NCBI GenBank assembly: GCA_903892035.1
Contig: CAITGV010000002.1
Coordinates: 65,714-129,713, forward strand
From: an uncultured bacterium
Lineage (GTDB): Bacteria > Patescibacteriota > Minisyncoccia > Phycocordibacterales > UBA9973
Direction of reading: 5' to 3'
Length of the DNA: 64,000 bases
Shown here: in pieces, positions 1 through 9,588 of the stretch
Position numbering within the stretch: position 1 is the stretch's first letter
Layout: every line of letters begins with the position of its first letter
Notes under the pieces: generated by a model
What the model was told of the DNA's origin: nothing
The model's database searches: none
The model's input: the letters and a program-made list of their open reading frames with translations, nothing else
Position numbers and translations under genes: made by a program

Positions 1-439
1 CAATACTTTTTACCAATTCAAAACTTTCATCATTTTTATTGTAAATATTTTGCGCATAATGACCTGTCGCAATAAAATCTGCTCCCATACTTTTAGCTCT
101 TTTCCAAAATGCTCCAAATTTTACTTCGCGATTGCACATGACATCTGGATTTGGAATTCTTCCAAGCTTGTATTCACTTATCATATAGTCTGCCACACCG
201 CGTTTATAGTCATTTTCAAGGTCGAAGGTGAGAAATGGTACGTCTAATGCTGCACAGACCCGTATTGCATCCCTGCGCTCCTCTTTCCACGTACATTCAA
301 TAAAGTCGGGTTGCCACGTCTTTATAAATACCCCCGTGACATCGTAACCTTCATTTTTTAGCAATGCCAAAGCCACAGAGCTATCTACCCCACCCGAAAC
401 TCCAACAAATACTTTAATTTTATTTTTATTTTTTATCAT
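1..439 (-). CDS. mnmA: tRNA 2-thiouridylase MnmA, N-terminal part (runs off the window start)
   Basis: Not in the ORF track. Translated by hand from the ATG at 439: MIKNKNKIKVFVGVSGGVDSSVA...PNPDVMCNREVKF...IATGHYA, i.e. the SGGVDS PP-loop, NPD..CN and TGHY motifs. Confidence 0.95.
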   Translation of the reverse strand, partial: MIKNKNKIKVFVGVSGGVDSSVALALLKNEGYDVTGVFIKTWQPDFIECTWKEERRDAIRVCAALDVPFLTFDLENDYKRGVADYMISEYKLGRIPNPDVMCNREVKFGAFWKRAKSMGADFIATGHYAQNIYNKNDESFELVKSI

Positions 440-484
440 AACTATACTTACCCTACCATAAAAACGAAAAGCGGAAAATATGAA

Positions 485-1195
485 TTATTTCACACTTTCC
501 GCTCTTTTCTTTACCTCATTTATTGAGGCAAGATTTACTACATTTCCTCTGGCGTAGTCCAGTGCCATAAATTCAATACACTTACTTAATTCCTTTATTG
601 AATACGCATTAGGAAAGTAATATATTGAAGGCACCTCAGGAAACTTAATAGCATGCTCATGTAATTTTTTTGTGTCAGATTTAATTTGTATTGGCATTAC
701 AAATTTTACCATCTTTGTATCAATTTTAGTCTCAAATGGAAACCACATATCGACACCAAGAATATCATCATTGGAATTTGATTTAATTATATCTTCATGA
801 ATGAAAATATTTTTAAACTGACAATTTTTAATATCTAGTAAAAATGTTTGCTCACAAACTAAACCGTGACTTTTTAAAATTATTTGTTGTTCAATTTTCT
901 TTTTGATTAAATCCTGTTCTACACCAGGGCCTAATACAAAATGAACCTCTCTAGCGTGTTCTCTTAAAACTGAACACTCACCTTTGAAATTCTTTGAGTG
1001 AAAAAAATAGAATTTCAATATTAAATTATTAAATAATTCAATATTGATTTGATACACACCAGTATCATTTTTTACTCTTTTAAATGACTTAATTAGAATT
1101 TGACTAACGTCACTGTTCCATCTAAGTCCTTTAAAAACCTTGTGAACCACGCCTTCGCAATGGTAATTAGGATTTTGTCTTTTCTTATTTGCCAT
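485..1195 (-). CDS. Hypothetical protein, possible PD-(D/E)XK nuclease-like domain
   Basis: 236-aa ORF; the C-terminal half has DDILGVDMWF...PIQIKS, resembling a D..G.D / Q-I-K nuclease motif. Confidence 0.55.
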   Translation of the reverse strand: MANKKRQNPNYHCEGVVHKVFKGLRWNSDVSQILIKSFKRVKNDTGVYQINIELFNNLILKFYFFHSKNFKGECSVLREHAREVHFVLGPGVEQDLIKKKIEQQIILKSHGLVCEQTFLLDIKNCQFKNIFIHEDIIKSNSNDDILGVDMWFPFETKIDTKMVKFVMPIQIKSDTKKLHEHAIKFPEVPSIYYFPNAYSIKELSKCIEFMALDYARGNVVNLASINEVKKRAESVK

Positions 1196-1267
1196 TGCTT
1201 ATATTTTTGTTTATTAAATTATTATCGAGTCAAAAGTACCACACAAATTCAAAATATGCAAATATCA

Positions 1268-1294
1268 AAACCCAGTGGCTAAACCACTGGGTTT
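1268..1294. repeat. REP-like palindrome, family A, downstream of RAYT1
   Basis: AAACCCAGTGG-CTAAA-CCACTGGGTTT; encodes the last codons (NPVV) and the TAG stop of RAYT1. Confidence 0.9.
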
Positions 1295-1950
1295 ATGGGT
1301 AAATCATCAGGATCCTCAAGAGAAATTTTTCTTCTTTCTTTGCGAATAATCGAAATAATTTCTGTGCAGTGCTTATTAAACTTCATCTTACTATCAAACA
1401 TACTTAATATCCTACGTCCCTCAGTTTGTGCTACAAAATCAAATACTTCATTATCATATTCTTTGTTACTTGAAAAAATTAGGTGTTTTTTATTTTCTGG
1501 AATATCATGTACAAGATAATTTTGATTTACATATGGAAAAATCTTATCAAAATAACTTTGATCATCAATTAGTTTGGATTTAAATGTTCCCTGAAAAAGA
1601 GATCCTGAACGTTTATGCCTATCATTAAAGTAATATGTATATCCACCTAATTTATGCATGAATTTTGCTATTCCACCGTCAATAAGTTGTTTTAAAATAA
1701 AATGATAATGATTTGGATTAAGCGTAAATGCCACAATTGCAACAATAGGTTCATTCTTTTCCAATTCCAGTGGCTTAGCCTCTGTTCTTGGTTTATCCCG
1801 CAGACTGCCAATATTTTCAAAAGTATTAAATTCTATAATACTCTCTTTAAATCGCTCAAGATCTTGGGTATCTAAAAATATGTCCCTTTTGTCTACGCCT
1901 CTATTGTAAATATGAAAATATTCTCCTGTTACTATTTTTTCTCTCCTCAT
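1279..1950 (-). mobile_element. REP-associated tyrosine transposase (RAYT / IS200-like Y1 HUH), RAYT1
   Basis: YFHIYNRGVDKRDIF N-terminus, HUH motif NPNHYHFIL, RSGSLFQGTFKS, putative catalytic Tyr in YVNQN; flanked by palindromes. Confidence 0.9.
1767..1785. repeat. Intragenic family A palindrome inside RAYT1
   Basis: CCAGTGGC-TTA-GCCTCTG; its reverse complement CAGAGGCTAAGCCACTGG matches the 1971-1999 copy at 17/18; encodes TEAKPLE. Confidence 0.8.
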
Positions 1951-1970
1951 ATTACTTTGTATTCTACCAC

Positions 1971-1999
1971 AAAACCCAGTGGCTAAGCCACTGGGTTTT
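1971..1999. repeat. REP-like palindrome, family A, upstream of RAYT1
   Basis: Perfect 13-bp stem AAAACCCAGTGGC-TAA-GCCACTGGGTTTT abutting the exonuclease stop codon. Confidence 0.92.
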
Positions 2000-2523
2000 T
2001 ACATCAGCATCAATTTTTTGTAAAGCTCGTAGGTGGCGCGGGCGTCTGAAAGGGCGGAGTGAGCATTTTTGTTTTCAATTTGAAATTGTTCACAAAGAGA
2101 ACGAAGAGAATATTTCTGCATATCACCCATACCGTGAAGTTTCGCATATGCAATAGATATCGTATCAAGCTTATGATAATGCATATTGTTTTTTAATCCT
2201 GTATTTAAAAAAGCATAGTCAAGAAATTGTGAATCAAATGCCACATTGTGCGCAACCATTATTGCATCATTTGAAATTTCTAACAATTTCTCCAGAGCTT
2301 CAGGTAGAGATACGGCATCTTGCCAATCTTCTTTATTATAATGATTTATTTTAAGCGATATTGGATTTGAATTTTGAATACTTATTGGATTAACCTTACA
2401 CTCAAATTCCTTAATAATTTCCCCGTCACTTACAAGCACCGCACCAATTTCAATAATTTCATTTTGTGTGAAATCCAACCCAGTCGTTTCTATATCGATA
2501 AAAATTAGTTTATGATTATTCAT
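1999..2523 (-). CDS. DEDDh 3'-5' exonuclease (DnaQ/epsilon-like)
   Basis: IDIETTGL, AHNVAFD and HSALSDA motifs. Confidence 0.9.
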   Translation of the reverse strand: MNNHKLIFIDIETTGLDFTQNEIIEIGAVLVSDGEIIKEFECKVNPISIQNSNPISLKINHYNKEDWQDAVSLPEALEKLLEISNDAIMVAHNVAFDSQFLDYAFLNTGLKNNMHYHKLDTISIAYAKLHGMGDMQKYSLRSLCEQFQIENKNAHSALSDARATYELYKKLMLM

Positions 2524-3407
2524 TTTAAATATTTTTTAATATTTTGTATATGTTCTGCATAGGTAGTTGCATAGTGAATATTTCCATTTTTATCATGTAA
2601 ATAAAATAAATATATACTTGATTTTGGGTGAAGTGCACTCTCAATCGACGGAAGTCCTGGGTTGCATGTTGGGTCTGCTGGTAAGCCCAAAGTCTTATAT
2701 GTCTCTGGTGCAACGTCAACTTCAAGTGGCATTTTCATATCAATCCTTTTCCATAAAATTCCAGCAATTATTGGTCTCTCCGCATCTGTTTTTGCTTCAC
2801 CTTCAATGATTGAAGCCATAGTAACAATTTGATCTAAACTATAAGGAGACTTTTTTACGTCATTTTTAAAAGCTTGAGTTCTAAAAATAAAATCATCTTT
2901 CATCGTTGAGTATATTTCATCTGTTGTGACATACGGCGAAAAAAAGTATGTGTCTGGAAATAAATATCCTTGACTAGAATATCCAATATTTTGAAAATTT
3001 AATGAATCAATTTGTGGAATTTTCTCATGCAAAATGTCAGCGATTTTTTTATTTGTATAACCCTCAGGAATTGTAATTTTTATCGGAATATAATTGTGAT
3101 CCCCTCGAGCTATCATATACGAAATACGAATTACACTCATCGGCTTATCGAATACATAATCTCCAAAACTAATTTTTCTTGCACCACCCAATAATACAAC
3201 TAGTGTTTGAAATACAAACCTAGATCTTACTATAGATTGATCTTTGAGTTTTATCGATAGTGACGACAGTGAATCCCCTTTTGAAACTTTTATTACAGAA
3301 TTATTTGGAAAATTTGAAGGTGCTGGAATAAAAATTAAATATAGAAATAAAAAAAATGCTACAACAAAAATAGCAAAAAAATAATAAAATTTTCTTGGAA
3401 AATACAT
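2520..3407 (-). CDS. mltG: Endolytic transglycosylase MltG (YceG family)
   Basis: N-terminal TM helix, ITIPEG, GYLFPDTY, ASIIEGE, CNPGLPSIESALHP. Confidence 0.9.
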   Translation of the reverse strand: MYFPRKFYYFFAIFVVAFFLFLYLIFIPAPSNFPNNSVIKVSKGDSLSSLSIKLKDQSIVRSRFVFQTLVVLLGGARKISFGDYVFDKPMSVIRISYMIARGDHNYIPIKITIPEGYTNKKIADILHEKIPQIDSLNFQNIGYSSQGYLFPDTYFFSPYVTTDEIYSTMKDDFIFRTQAFKNDVKKSPYSLDQIVTMASIIEGEAKTDAERPIIAGILWKRIDMKMPLEVDVAPETYKTLGLPADPTCNPGLPSIESALHPKSSIYLFYLHDKNGNIHYATTYAEHIQNIKKYLK

Positions 3408-3408
3408 A

Positions 3409-4689
3409 TTATGTAGGAAGATTGAATGGAGGTTTTGAAGTTTTTGATTCTATACGCTTGAAGCTTGGAGTTTCTGAAACCATACCAGGGAAATGAAAAA
3501 TAGTAGCAAGCTCTTCAGTATTAAGCACAAAAGGCTTTGGATTGTGAGAATCAAAGATAACCTTAAACGGCCAGGGATACTTAAAAGATTGCCAAACGGG
3601 TGGATGAAACATCAATCGTGTCCTATAACGGAAAAGCATTCTATTTTTCATACGTTGTAAACGCCAACCCTTTGGATCTACCCAAGGCGTATCAAACTGT
3701 GTCGAGTGAATACGATTGAATTCATTTGCATAAGGAGAAGCATATTGGCGCCAAATAAGACGAAGTGCACGTCTTTGATTTTGATCAAAAATTGGAGTAG
3801 GTGCAAGATAAATACAACGTATACCAACATCAAAAGCGATCTTACTCATTTTCCCTCTAATACCCTCCACTAAATCATCAAAATGTTTTGGAGCACGAAT
3901 TTCACTAGCTTTTGTGCCGTCAGCATTTACACTTTTTTTAGTATAAGGCAAAAGTAGTTTATTCAAAAAAATCATTGCCTCTTCATTAAATTTATGGTGT
4001 TTAAAAGCCGTACCGTGAGTATGGTAATCCTTTTTTGAAGGACGAACTATTATTTGAATCCAAACTTGTTCATCTTTTTTTATTGAACCGAGGAATTCAA
4101 TTGCGGGTGTTATAGGGTCAACTTTTTCATTTTCCTCGTCTCCTGCTTTATCAAGTCCGTAGTCCACATATGTGCGAATTGGTAATGGATCTTCCTTTAA
4201 TAAATTAAACTCACAACCCCATAAATTCCATTTATCATCTGGAGCAGTTGCAGTAATATAATTTGTATAATCTTTTGCTTCAGAAATTTCTGCTTGAGGA
4301 TATTGAGCATAAACCTGCGTCTCAATCAAATCTTTAATTCTAGAGGGTGTTCGAATAAAAAAATGAACATTTCCACCGAGTGAGACTAATTCCAAAGAAA
4401 ACCAGAAGTGCACTGCACCTTGCCAATGCGTTTCCCAAAAACCTTTTCCGGATAAGTGGTAAAAGGCATTTGTAAATATAAGCTCCATCGCAAGCGGAGT
4501 TTTCGTAACCTCTCTAGGAACTTTTATTTCAAGAAGGACCCATTCTACACCTTCGATAAATTGTTCATTTACATAATGGTGCCAAAAAAATACAGCAAAA
4601 TATCCCAAAATAATTGGAATAAAATAAGGCAAAATTGTAACAATAAAATTTACAATCCAATTCAATGCATCAGCACCTACTGTGTCCAT
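3409..4689 (-). CDS. Conserved hypothetical membrane-anchored protein
   Basis: 426 aa, N-terminal TM, LLEIKVP, FSLEL, YAQYPQAEI, LNTEELATIFHFP, PPFNLP; this style is common in CPR, function unknown. Confidence 0.7.
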   Translation of the reverse strand: MDTVGADALNWIVNFIVTILPYFIPIILGYFAVFFWHHYVNEQFIEGVEWVLLEIKVPREVTKTPLAMELIFTNAFYHLSGKGFWETHWQGAVHFWFSLELVSLGGNVHFFIRTPSRIKDLIETQVYAQYPQAEISEAKDYTNYITATAPDDKWNLWGCEFNLLKEDPLPIRTYVDYGLDKAGDEENEKVDPITPAIEFLGSIKKDEQVWIQIIVRPSKKDYHTHGTAFKHHKFNEEAMIFLNKLLLPYTKKSVNADGTKASEIRAPKHFDDLVEGIRGKMSKIAFDVGIRCIYLAPTPIFDQNQRRALRLIWRQYASPYANEFNRIHSTQFDTPWVDPKGWRLQRMKNRMLFRYRTRLMFHPPVWQSFKYPWPFKVIFDSHNPKPFVLNTEELATIFHFPGMVSETPSFKRIESKTSKPPFNLPT

Positions 4690-4725
4690 GCATTTATTAT
4701 ACTAAAAAAATATTCAATATGAAAG

Positions 4726-4854
4726 TTATTGAGAGACTGTGTATGTGGAATTTGTATTTTGAATTACAGTACGAGAAAAATACCCAATTAAAGCGGCTGC
4801 AATTATTAGACCAACTACTATCAATATCAGATTTCCAATAAATCCTTTATTCAT
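4726..4854 (-). CDS. Small prepilin-like membrane peptide (42 aa)
   Basis: Not in the ORF track; MNKG|FIGNLILIVVGLIIAAALIGYFSR..., starting 5 nt after the stop of the upstream gene. Confidence 0.55.
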   Translation of the reverse strand: MNKGFIGNLILIVVGLIIAAALIGYFSRTVIQNTNSTYTVSQ

Positions 4855-4859
4855 TTTAT

Positions 4860-5888
4860 TTAGACTGCAGAATAGAGACCTTGTTTGTTCTTTTTAAAGT
4901 ATTTTGGACTTTGTAGGTTTACTAAAATAGTATTTTTCTTGAAGTATCTTTCTTTCATTACTCGGTCCACAACATCTTCTTTTGAAAGTGGTCCTTCTTT
5001 TTTAAGAATTTTCTTTATGACATCACGCACAACACCTGATTCATAACCCCATTCTGACAAAGCGTAAATTCCGCGTCCAACAAGCACAAATCGTTTATCT
5101 TTAATAAGCTCATTGTGGCATGTAGCAGTGTGGCATTTTTTATTGAATGTATTTGTTACAGCTTTTGCAACTTCACGGAAGTGCATTGGTGAACCGTGTT
5201 TTCGCATCATTAAGAAGGCGTAGTCTTTTACTCCACGTGTTTTTATATTTGAAGATTCTGCATTTCCCCACTCACCCAAAGGATTTTTATCAAGCTTTTT
5301 TGAAAGTGAAAGCCAACGTCGTGCAACTTCCTCGTTTTTGTATTCTTCAGAAAGACCTTTTACGTCATCGAGGAATTTCGCAATCATTTCAGATTCAGAA
5401 ACTAAATCTTCATCCTTCAAGCTTGCATAAAGATTTTTTAGTGAAATGTGCACAGAATCAGAAATAGCATCATCTACACTCCAGCGAGTTTTAAAATGAT
5501 CATCTTCTTTGAATTTTTTGAAATCATCACCAAGAACTAAATAAAGGTGGATATGATTTTGAGTCGATTTGTCTTTTGAAATTGACGAAAGTAGATCATC
5601 TTCAGCAACTATTGCACCAAGAGTTTTTATAACTTTTTTCAATTCATCAAAAGTTTTTTGTTCACTTTTGTATGCATCAGATTTTTTGATGGCAGTAAGT
5701 GCTGCATTTTCAATTTGGCGAACACGTTCACGAGTAATACCGTAATTTTGACCTATTGCTTCCAAAGTCTTTCTTTCGGCATCTGCACCCAAACCAAAAC
5801 GTCCAGTGACCACTTCAAAAGCGCGGTCCTGTAAAGGAGATAAAATTTTCTTTGTAACTTGTTTTGGTTTGAATGAAATTGTGGCCAT
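4860..5888 (-). CDS. Sigma-70 region 4-like HTH plus C-terminal winged-helix domain protein
   Basis: RFGL..TLEAIGQNYGITRERVRQIE; C-terminal HNELIKDKRFVLVGRGIYALSEWG. Confidence 0.8.
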   Translation of the reverse strand: MATISFKPKQVTKKILSPLQDRAFEVVTGRFGLGADAERKTLEAIGQNYGITRERVRQIENAALTAIKKSDAYKSEQKTFDELKKVIKTLGAIVAEDDLLSSISKDKSTQNHIHLYLVLGDDFKKFKEDDHFKTRWSVDDAISDSVHISLKNLYASLKDEDLVSESEMIAKFLDDVKGLSEEYKNEEVARRWLSLSKKLDKNPLGEWGNAESSNIKTRGVKDYAFLMMRKHGSPMHFREVAKAVTNTFNKKCHTATCHNELIKDKRFVLVGRGIYALSEWGYESGVVRDVIKKILKKEGPLSKEDVVDRVMKERYFKKNTILVNLQSPKYFKKNKQGLYSAV

Positions 5889-6009
5889 AAATTTAATTAA
5901 AAATGATTAATTGATAAAAATATTTTTTATTACTATTTTATATTAGCATATCATATAAAATAGTCAAATTTTATAATGGGATACTAAAAAACTGTTGTAA
6001 AATAAGGGT

Positions 6010-7809
6010 TTATGACTTGCGTCCAGCACGCACACGGTCGAGTTCAGTCAAATACTTGTCACGTAAACGAACACTTTTAGGTGTAATTTCGAGGTATTCG
6101 TGGTCACTCATTACTTCCAAACCTCGTTCAATTGTAAGAGTAAATGGTGGCTTTAGATTAATAGCTTCATCTGTACCAGATGCACGCATATTTGTTAATT
6201 GTTTTCCTTTAATTGGGTTCACAGAAAGGTCGTCACCCTTTGTGACGTTTCCAATAACCATTCCTTCATATACTTCTGTACCGTGACCAATATAAAGGAC
6301 TCCACGTTCTTGTAAATTTCCAAGTGCAAAAGCAACAGCTTTTCCTGAAATCATTGATGTCATAGAACCAACATCTCTTTTTTTAATTTCTCCAGCATAA
6401 GGACGAAAACCAATAACGCGTGATGAAAGAATTCCTTCACCTTTTGTATCGATAACAAATTGTCCACGATAACCCAAAAGTCCACGAGTTGGAATTTCAA
6501 AAATCATTCTGACAATTCCATCTTTCTCACGCATATTTTGCATCATACCGCGACGCTTTGTAATTTTTTCTACAACTGCACCTGAAGTTTCTGTCGGTGT
6601 TTCGATTGTAACTTCTTCATAAGGTTCACTTTTTTCTCCGTCAACCATTTTAATAATTACTTGAGGTTGAGAAACCTGAAGTTCATATCCTTCACGACGC
6701 ATATTTTCAAGCAAAATTGCAATATGGAGTTCTCCACGTCCGTAAACGACATAACCTTCATGTGTCTCACCTTCTGGCGGTACGAAATCAACCTTAAGAC
6801 CAACGTTTATTTCAAGTTCGCGTTCTAGACGTTCACGAATTTGCCTAGCGTTAACAAACTTACCTTCTTTACCTGCAAAAGGAGAATCGTTAACTAAGAA
6901 GTTAAGGGAAATTGTCGGCTCATCGATTGCGATAGATGGAAGTGGTGGCATATCTGCATCGAGAGAAATTGACTCACCAATGAAGACGTCTGGAATTCCA
7001 GCAATAACGGCGATATCACCTACTGTAATTTCCTGTACATCTTTTCTTGTAATTCCTTCGAAAACAAAAAGTTTTGTAATTTTAGTTGAACGAGCAACAC
7101 CATTGTGATCTTTCACAAATATCTGACTCCCCATTTTTACACTTCCTCCGTATACACGAGCGATAGCTAGACGGCCAAGGAAATTGTCATAACCAAGATT
7201 AAATACTTGCGCCTGAAAAGCACCTTCTGCATTTTTTGAAGCTTCTGGAACTTCTTCGAGAACTAAATCAAGAAGTGGAGTTAAATCTTTTGATTCATCT
7301 GCTAGATTTTTCTTTGCAATTCCCTGACGTCCTATTGCATAAATAGTTTTGAAGTCAATTTGTTTATCTGTCGCTCCAAGCTCGATAAACAATTCTAAAA
7401 TTTCATCGTGCACGCGAGCTGGATCTGCGGCTGGTTTGTCAATTTTATTAATAACTACGATTGGCTGAAGTCCGAGCTCTAGAGATTTTTTCAAAACGAA
7501 ACGTGTCTGTGGCATTGGTCCTTCTTGAGCATCGACAAGTAAAAGCACAGAATCGATAGCGCGAAGCACACGCTCAACTTCAGAACCGAAGTCCGCGTGT
7601 CCCGGAGTATCCACGATATTTATCTTTGTTCCTTTGTAATTTACAGAAGTATTTTTTGAGTAAATAGTAATACCACGCTCTTGTTCAAGCGCATTTGAGT
7701 CCATTGTGACGCCCTCTTCCACCATTCCGCACTGCTTCATAAGCATATCGGTCAAAGTTGTCTTTCCGTGGTCCACGTGGGCTATAATTGCAATGTTTCG
7801 AATTTCCAT
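6010..7809 (-). CDS. typA: Translational GTPase TypA/BipA
   Basis: AHVDHGKTT, ERGITI, DTPGHADF, GRGELH, LEITPKSVRLR. Confidence 0.97.
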   Translation of the reverse strand: MEIRNIAIIAHVDHGKTTLTDMLMKQCGMVEEGVTMDSNALEQERGITIYSKNTSVNYKGTKINIVDTPGHADFGSEVERVLRAIDSVLLLVDAQEGPMPQTRFVLKKSLELGLQPIVVINKIDKPAADPARVHDEILELFIELGATDKQIDFKTIYAIGRQGIAKKNLADESKDLTPLLDLVLEEVPEASKNAEGAFQAQVFNLGYDNFLGRLAIARVYGGSVKMGSQIFVKDHNGVARSTKITKLFVFEGITRKDVQEITVGDIAVIAGIPDVFIGESISLDADMPPLPSIAIDEPTISLNFLVNDSPFAGKEGKFVNARQIRERLERELEINVGLKVDFVPPEGETHEGYVVYGRGELHIAILLENMRREGYELQVSQPQVIIKMVDGEKSEPYEEVTIETPTETSGAVVEKITKRRGMMQNMREKDGIVRMIFEIPTRGLLGYRGQFVIDTKGEGILSSRVIGFRPYAGEIKKRDVGSMTSMISGKAVAFALGNLQERGVLYIGHGTEVYEGMVIGNVTKGDDLSVNPIKGKQLTNMRASGTDEAINLKPPFTLTIERGLEVMSDHEYLEITPKSVRLRDKYLTELDRVRAGRKS

Positions 7810-7907
7810 AAATAAAATTGTGAATATTAATAAATAAGTAAAAGTAAAACGCCCGAAGGCGAATGTACTTATACTATACCATAAAATCTTTTTTTTACCA
7901 AATCTTA

Positions 7908-9005
7908 CTATATGAGCTTTATTATATCGTGATAGGTCACGATGAGCATAAAGATGATGAGGATAGCAAAACCTATGGTGTTGATAGCGTTTGCTATTTT
8001 TGGATTTATACGCGAGCCTTTTATTTTTTCAATAATGAGGAAAAGTAATCGTCCCCCATCGAGCGCAGGAAATGGAAGTAAATTTATGATTGCTAGATTG
8101 ATTGAAATAAGTGCAGTAAATGAAAGCAAATAAATAAAACCAAAGTGATACGCGTCGCCGACTATTCCCACAATTCCGACAGGTCCTGCAATACCAGAAA
8201 GATCAGCGTGCCCGACTACAGCGTCGTGCACAAGTTTCCAAAGTGAGCCAGCTGTGTGCTTAGTCAAATCCCAAGTCAATTTCAAACCTTCCCAAACTGC
8301 AATATGAACTGGAAGTTTGAGTGTGCCTATCATATCCATCCCAATACCGATACCCGGCGTACCTGAAAGCAAATTTGCTTTTGGAGTAACTGTCGCAGAT
8401 TCTGAAACTCCAGCACGAGTATATAGAATATTTATTTCTTTTTCAGAATGCGAAGTTATGAATGATTTTAGAGTATCAGTATTTGGATTATTCAATAAAT
8501 CTTTTCCTTCCGCGAGTGAGATAATTTTATCTCCTGCTTTAAGTTTTGCAATATCTGCTGGTGATTTTGGAAGAACACTAGTAATGACAAGAGCAGTATT
8601 GTTTAAAGTGTAACCTGCGGGCTCCGCTCCAGTAGAAGTCGGAAGTCCAGACATAAAACCAATTGAAATCAAAAGCCAAGCAAGAATAAAATTAAAAAAT
8701 ACACCTGCTACGAGAACCATAGCTTTTATTCGAGCCGGCTTGTGCACAAAACTTCTATCACGCTCGGGACCATTTGTGTTTTCATCATCAGCATCTTCAC
8801 CAAAAATTTTCACAAAACCTCCAAATGGAAGCCAGTTTAGTGTGAACTCTGTCTCACCTTTTGTAAAAAGTTTACAAATGCGTGGTGGATATCCAAAACC
8901 AAATTCTGTAACTTTTATTCCAGATTTTTTTGCAGCAATATAATGCCCAAATTCGTGAGATACAACAAGCACTGCAAGTATTATTATAAAAATTATTATT
9001 GACAT
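7908..9005 (-). CDS. rseP: Site-2 metalloprotease RseP with PDZ domain
   Basis: HEFGH, LPFGGFV, NLLPFPALDGG. Confidence 0.95.
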   Translation of the reverse strand: MSIIIFIIILAVLVVSHEFGHYIAAKKSGIKVTEFGFGYPPRICKLFTKGETEFTLNWLPFGGFVKIFGEDADDENTNGPERDRSFVHKPARIKAMVLVAGVFFNFILAWLLISIGFMSGLPTSTGAEPAGYTLNNTALVITSVLPKSPADIAKLKAGDKIISLAEGKDLLNNPNTDTLKSFITSHSEKEINILYTRAGVSESATVTPKANLLSGTPGIGIGMDMIGTLKLPVHIAVWEGLKLTWDLTKHTAGSLWKLVHDAVVGHADLSGIAGPVGIVGIVGDAYHFGFIYLLSFTALISINLAIINLLPFPALDGGRLLFLIIEKIKGSRINPKIANAINTIGFAILIIFMLIVTYHDIIKLI

Positions 9006-9032
9006 ATGTTTTGCGAAAGTAAGAAATGCTTT

Positions 9033-9572
9033 TTAATTCATTATTTCCTTTTCCTTCTTTTCAAAAATTGCTTCCAATTTTGCATTGGCTTCTGCGACAT
9101 GTTTTTGAAGTTCTTCCTTTGCTCGATAATCTTCATCTTCTGGTAAATCTGCAATTTTCAAATCATCAATACTTTCTTCACGAGCCTTACGGATTGAAAT
9201 TCTTGCATCTTCTAGTTTTTCTTTTAAAACTTTCACGAGCTTTGTCCTGTTTTCTGTCGTAAGCATTGGAAATATTACACGCAGACCCATATCATCGGAA
9301 GCAACAGAAAGTCCGAGGTTCGCCATATTGATAGCGCTCTCAATATCTTTAATCTGACCTTTGTCCCAAGGCACCACACGCAAACTTTTTGGATCTTCGA
9401 TAGTAATTGAAGCCAAATTTTTTATCGGTTGAAATGCTCCGTAGCTTTCCACTGAAATACCATCAAGTATAGAAGGCGCCGCACGTCCTGTATGAATACC
9501 AGAAAATTCTTTCGACAACCACTCGCAAACCTTATCAAATTCAGTTTTTGTTTTTGAAAAATTATATGACAT
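9033..9572 (-). CDS. frr: Ribosome recycling factor
   Basis: IHTGRAAPSILD, PWDK, FPMLTTENR. Confidence 0.95.
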   Translation of the reverse strand: MSYNFSKTKTEFDKVCEWLSKEFSGIHTGRAAPSILDGISVESYGAFQPIKNLASITIEDPKSLRVVPWDKGQIKDIESAINMANLGLSVASDDMGLRVIFPMLTTENRTKLVKVLKEKLEDARISIRKAREESIDDLKIADLPEDEDYRAKEELQKHVAEANAKLEAIFEKKEKEIMN

Positions 9573-9588
9573 GTGAGTATTATATCAG

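Noticed and set aside
1279-1950. IS200/IS605 element with TnpB/IscB
   Set aside because: No RuvC-type TnpB or IscB ORF lies next to either HUH gene.
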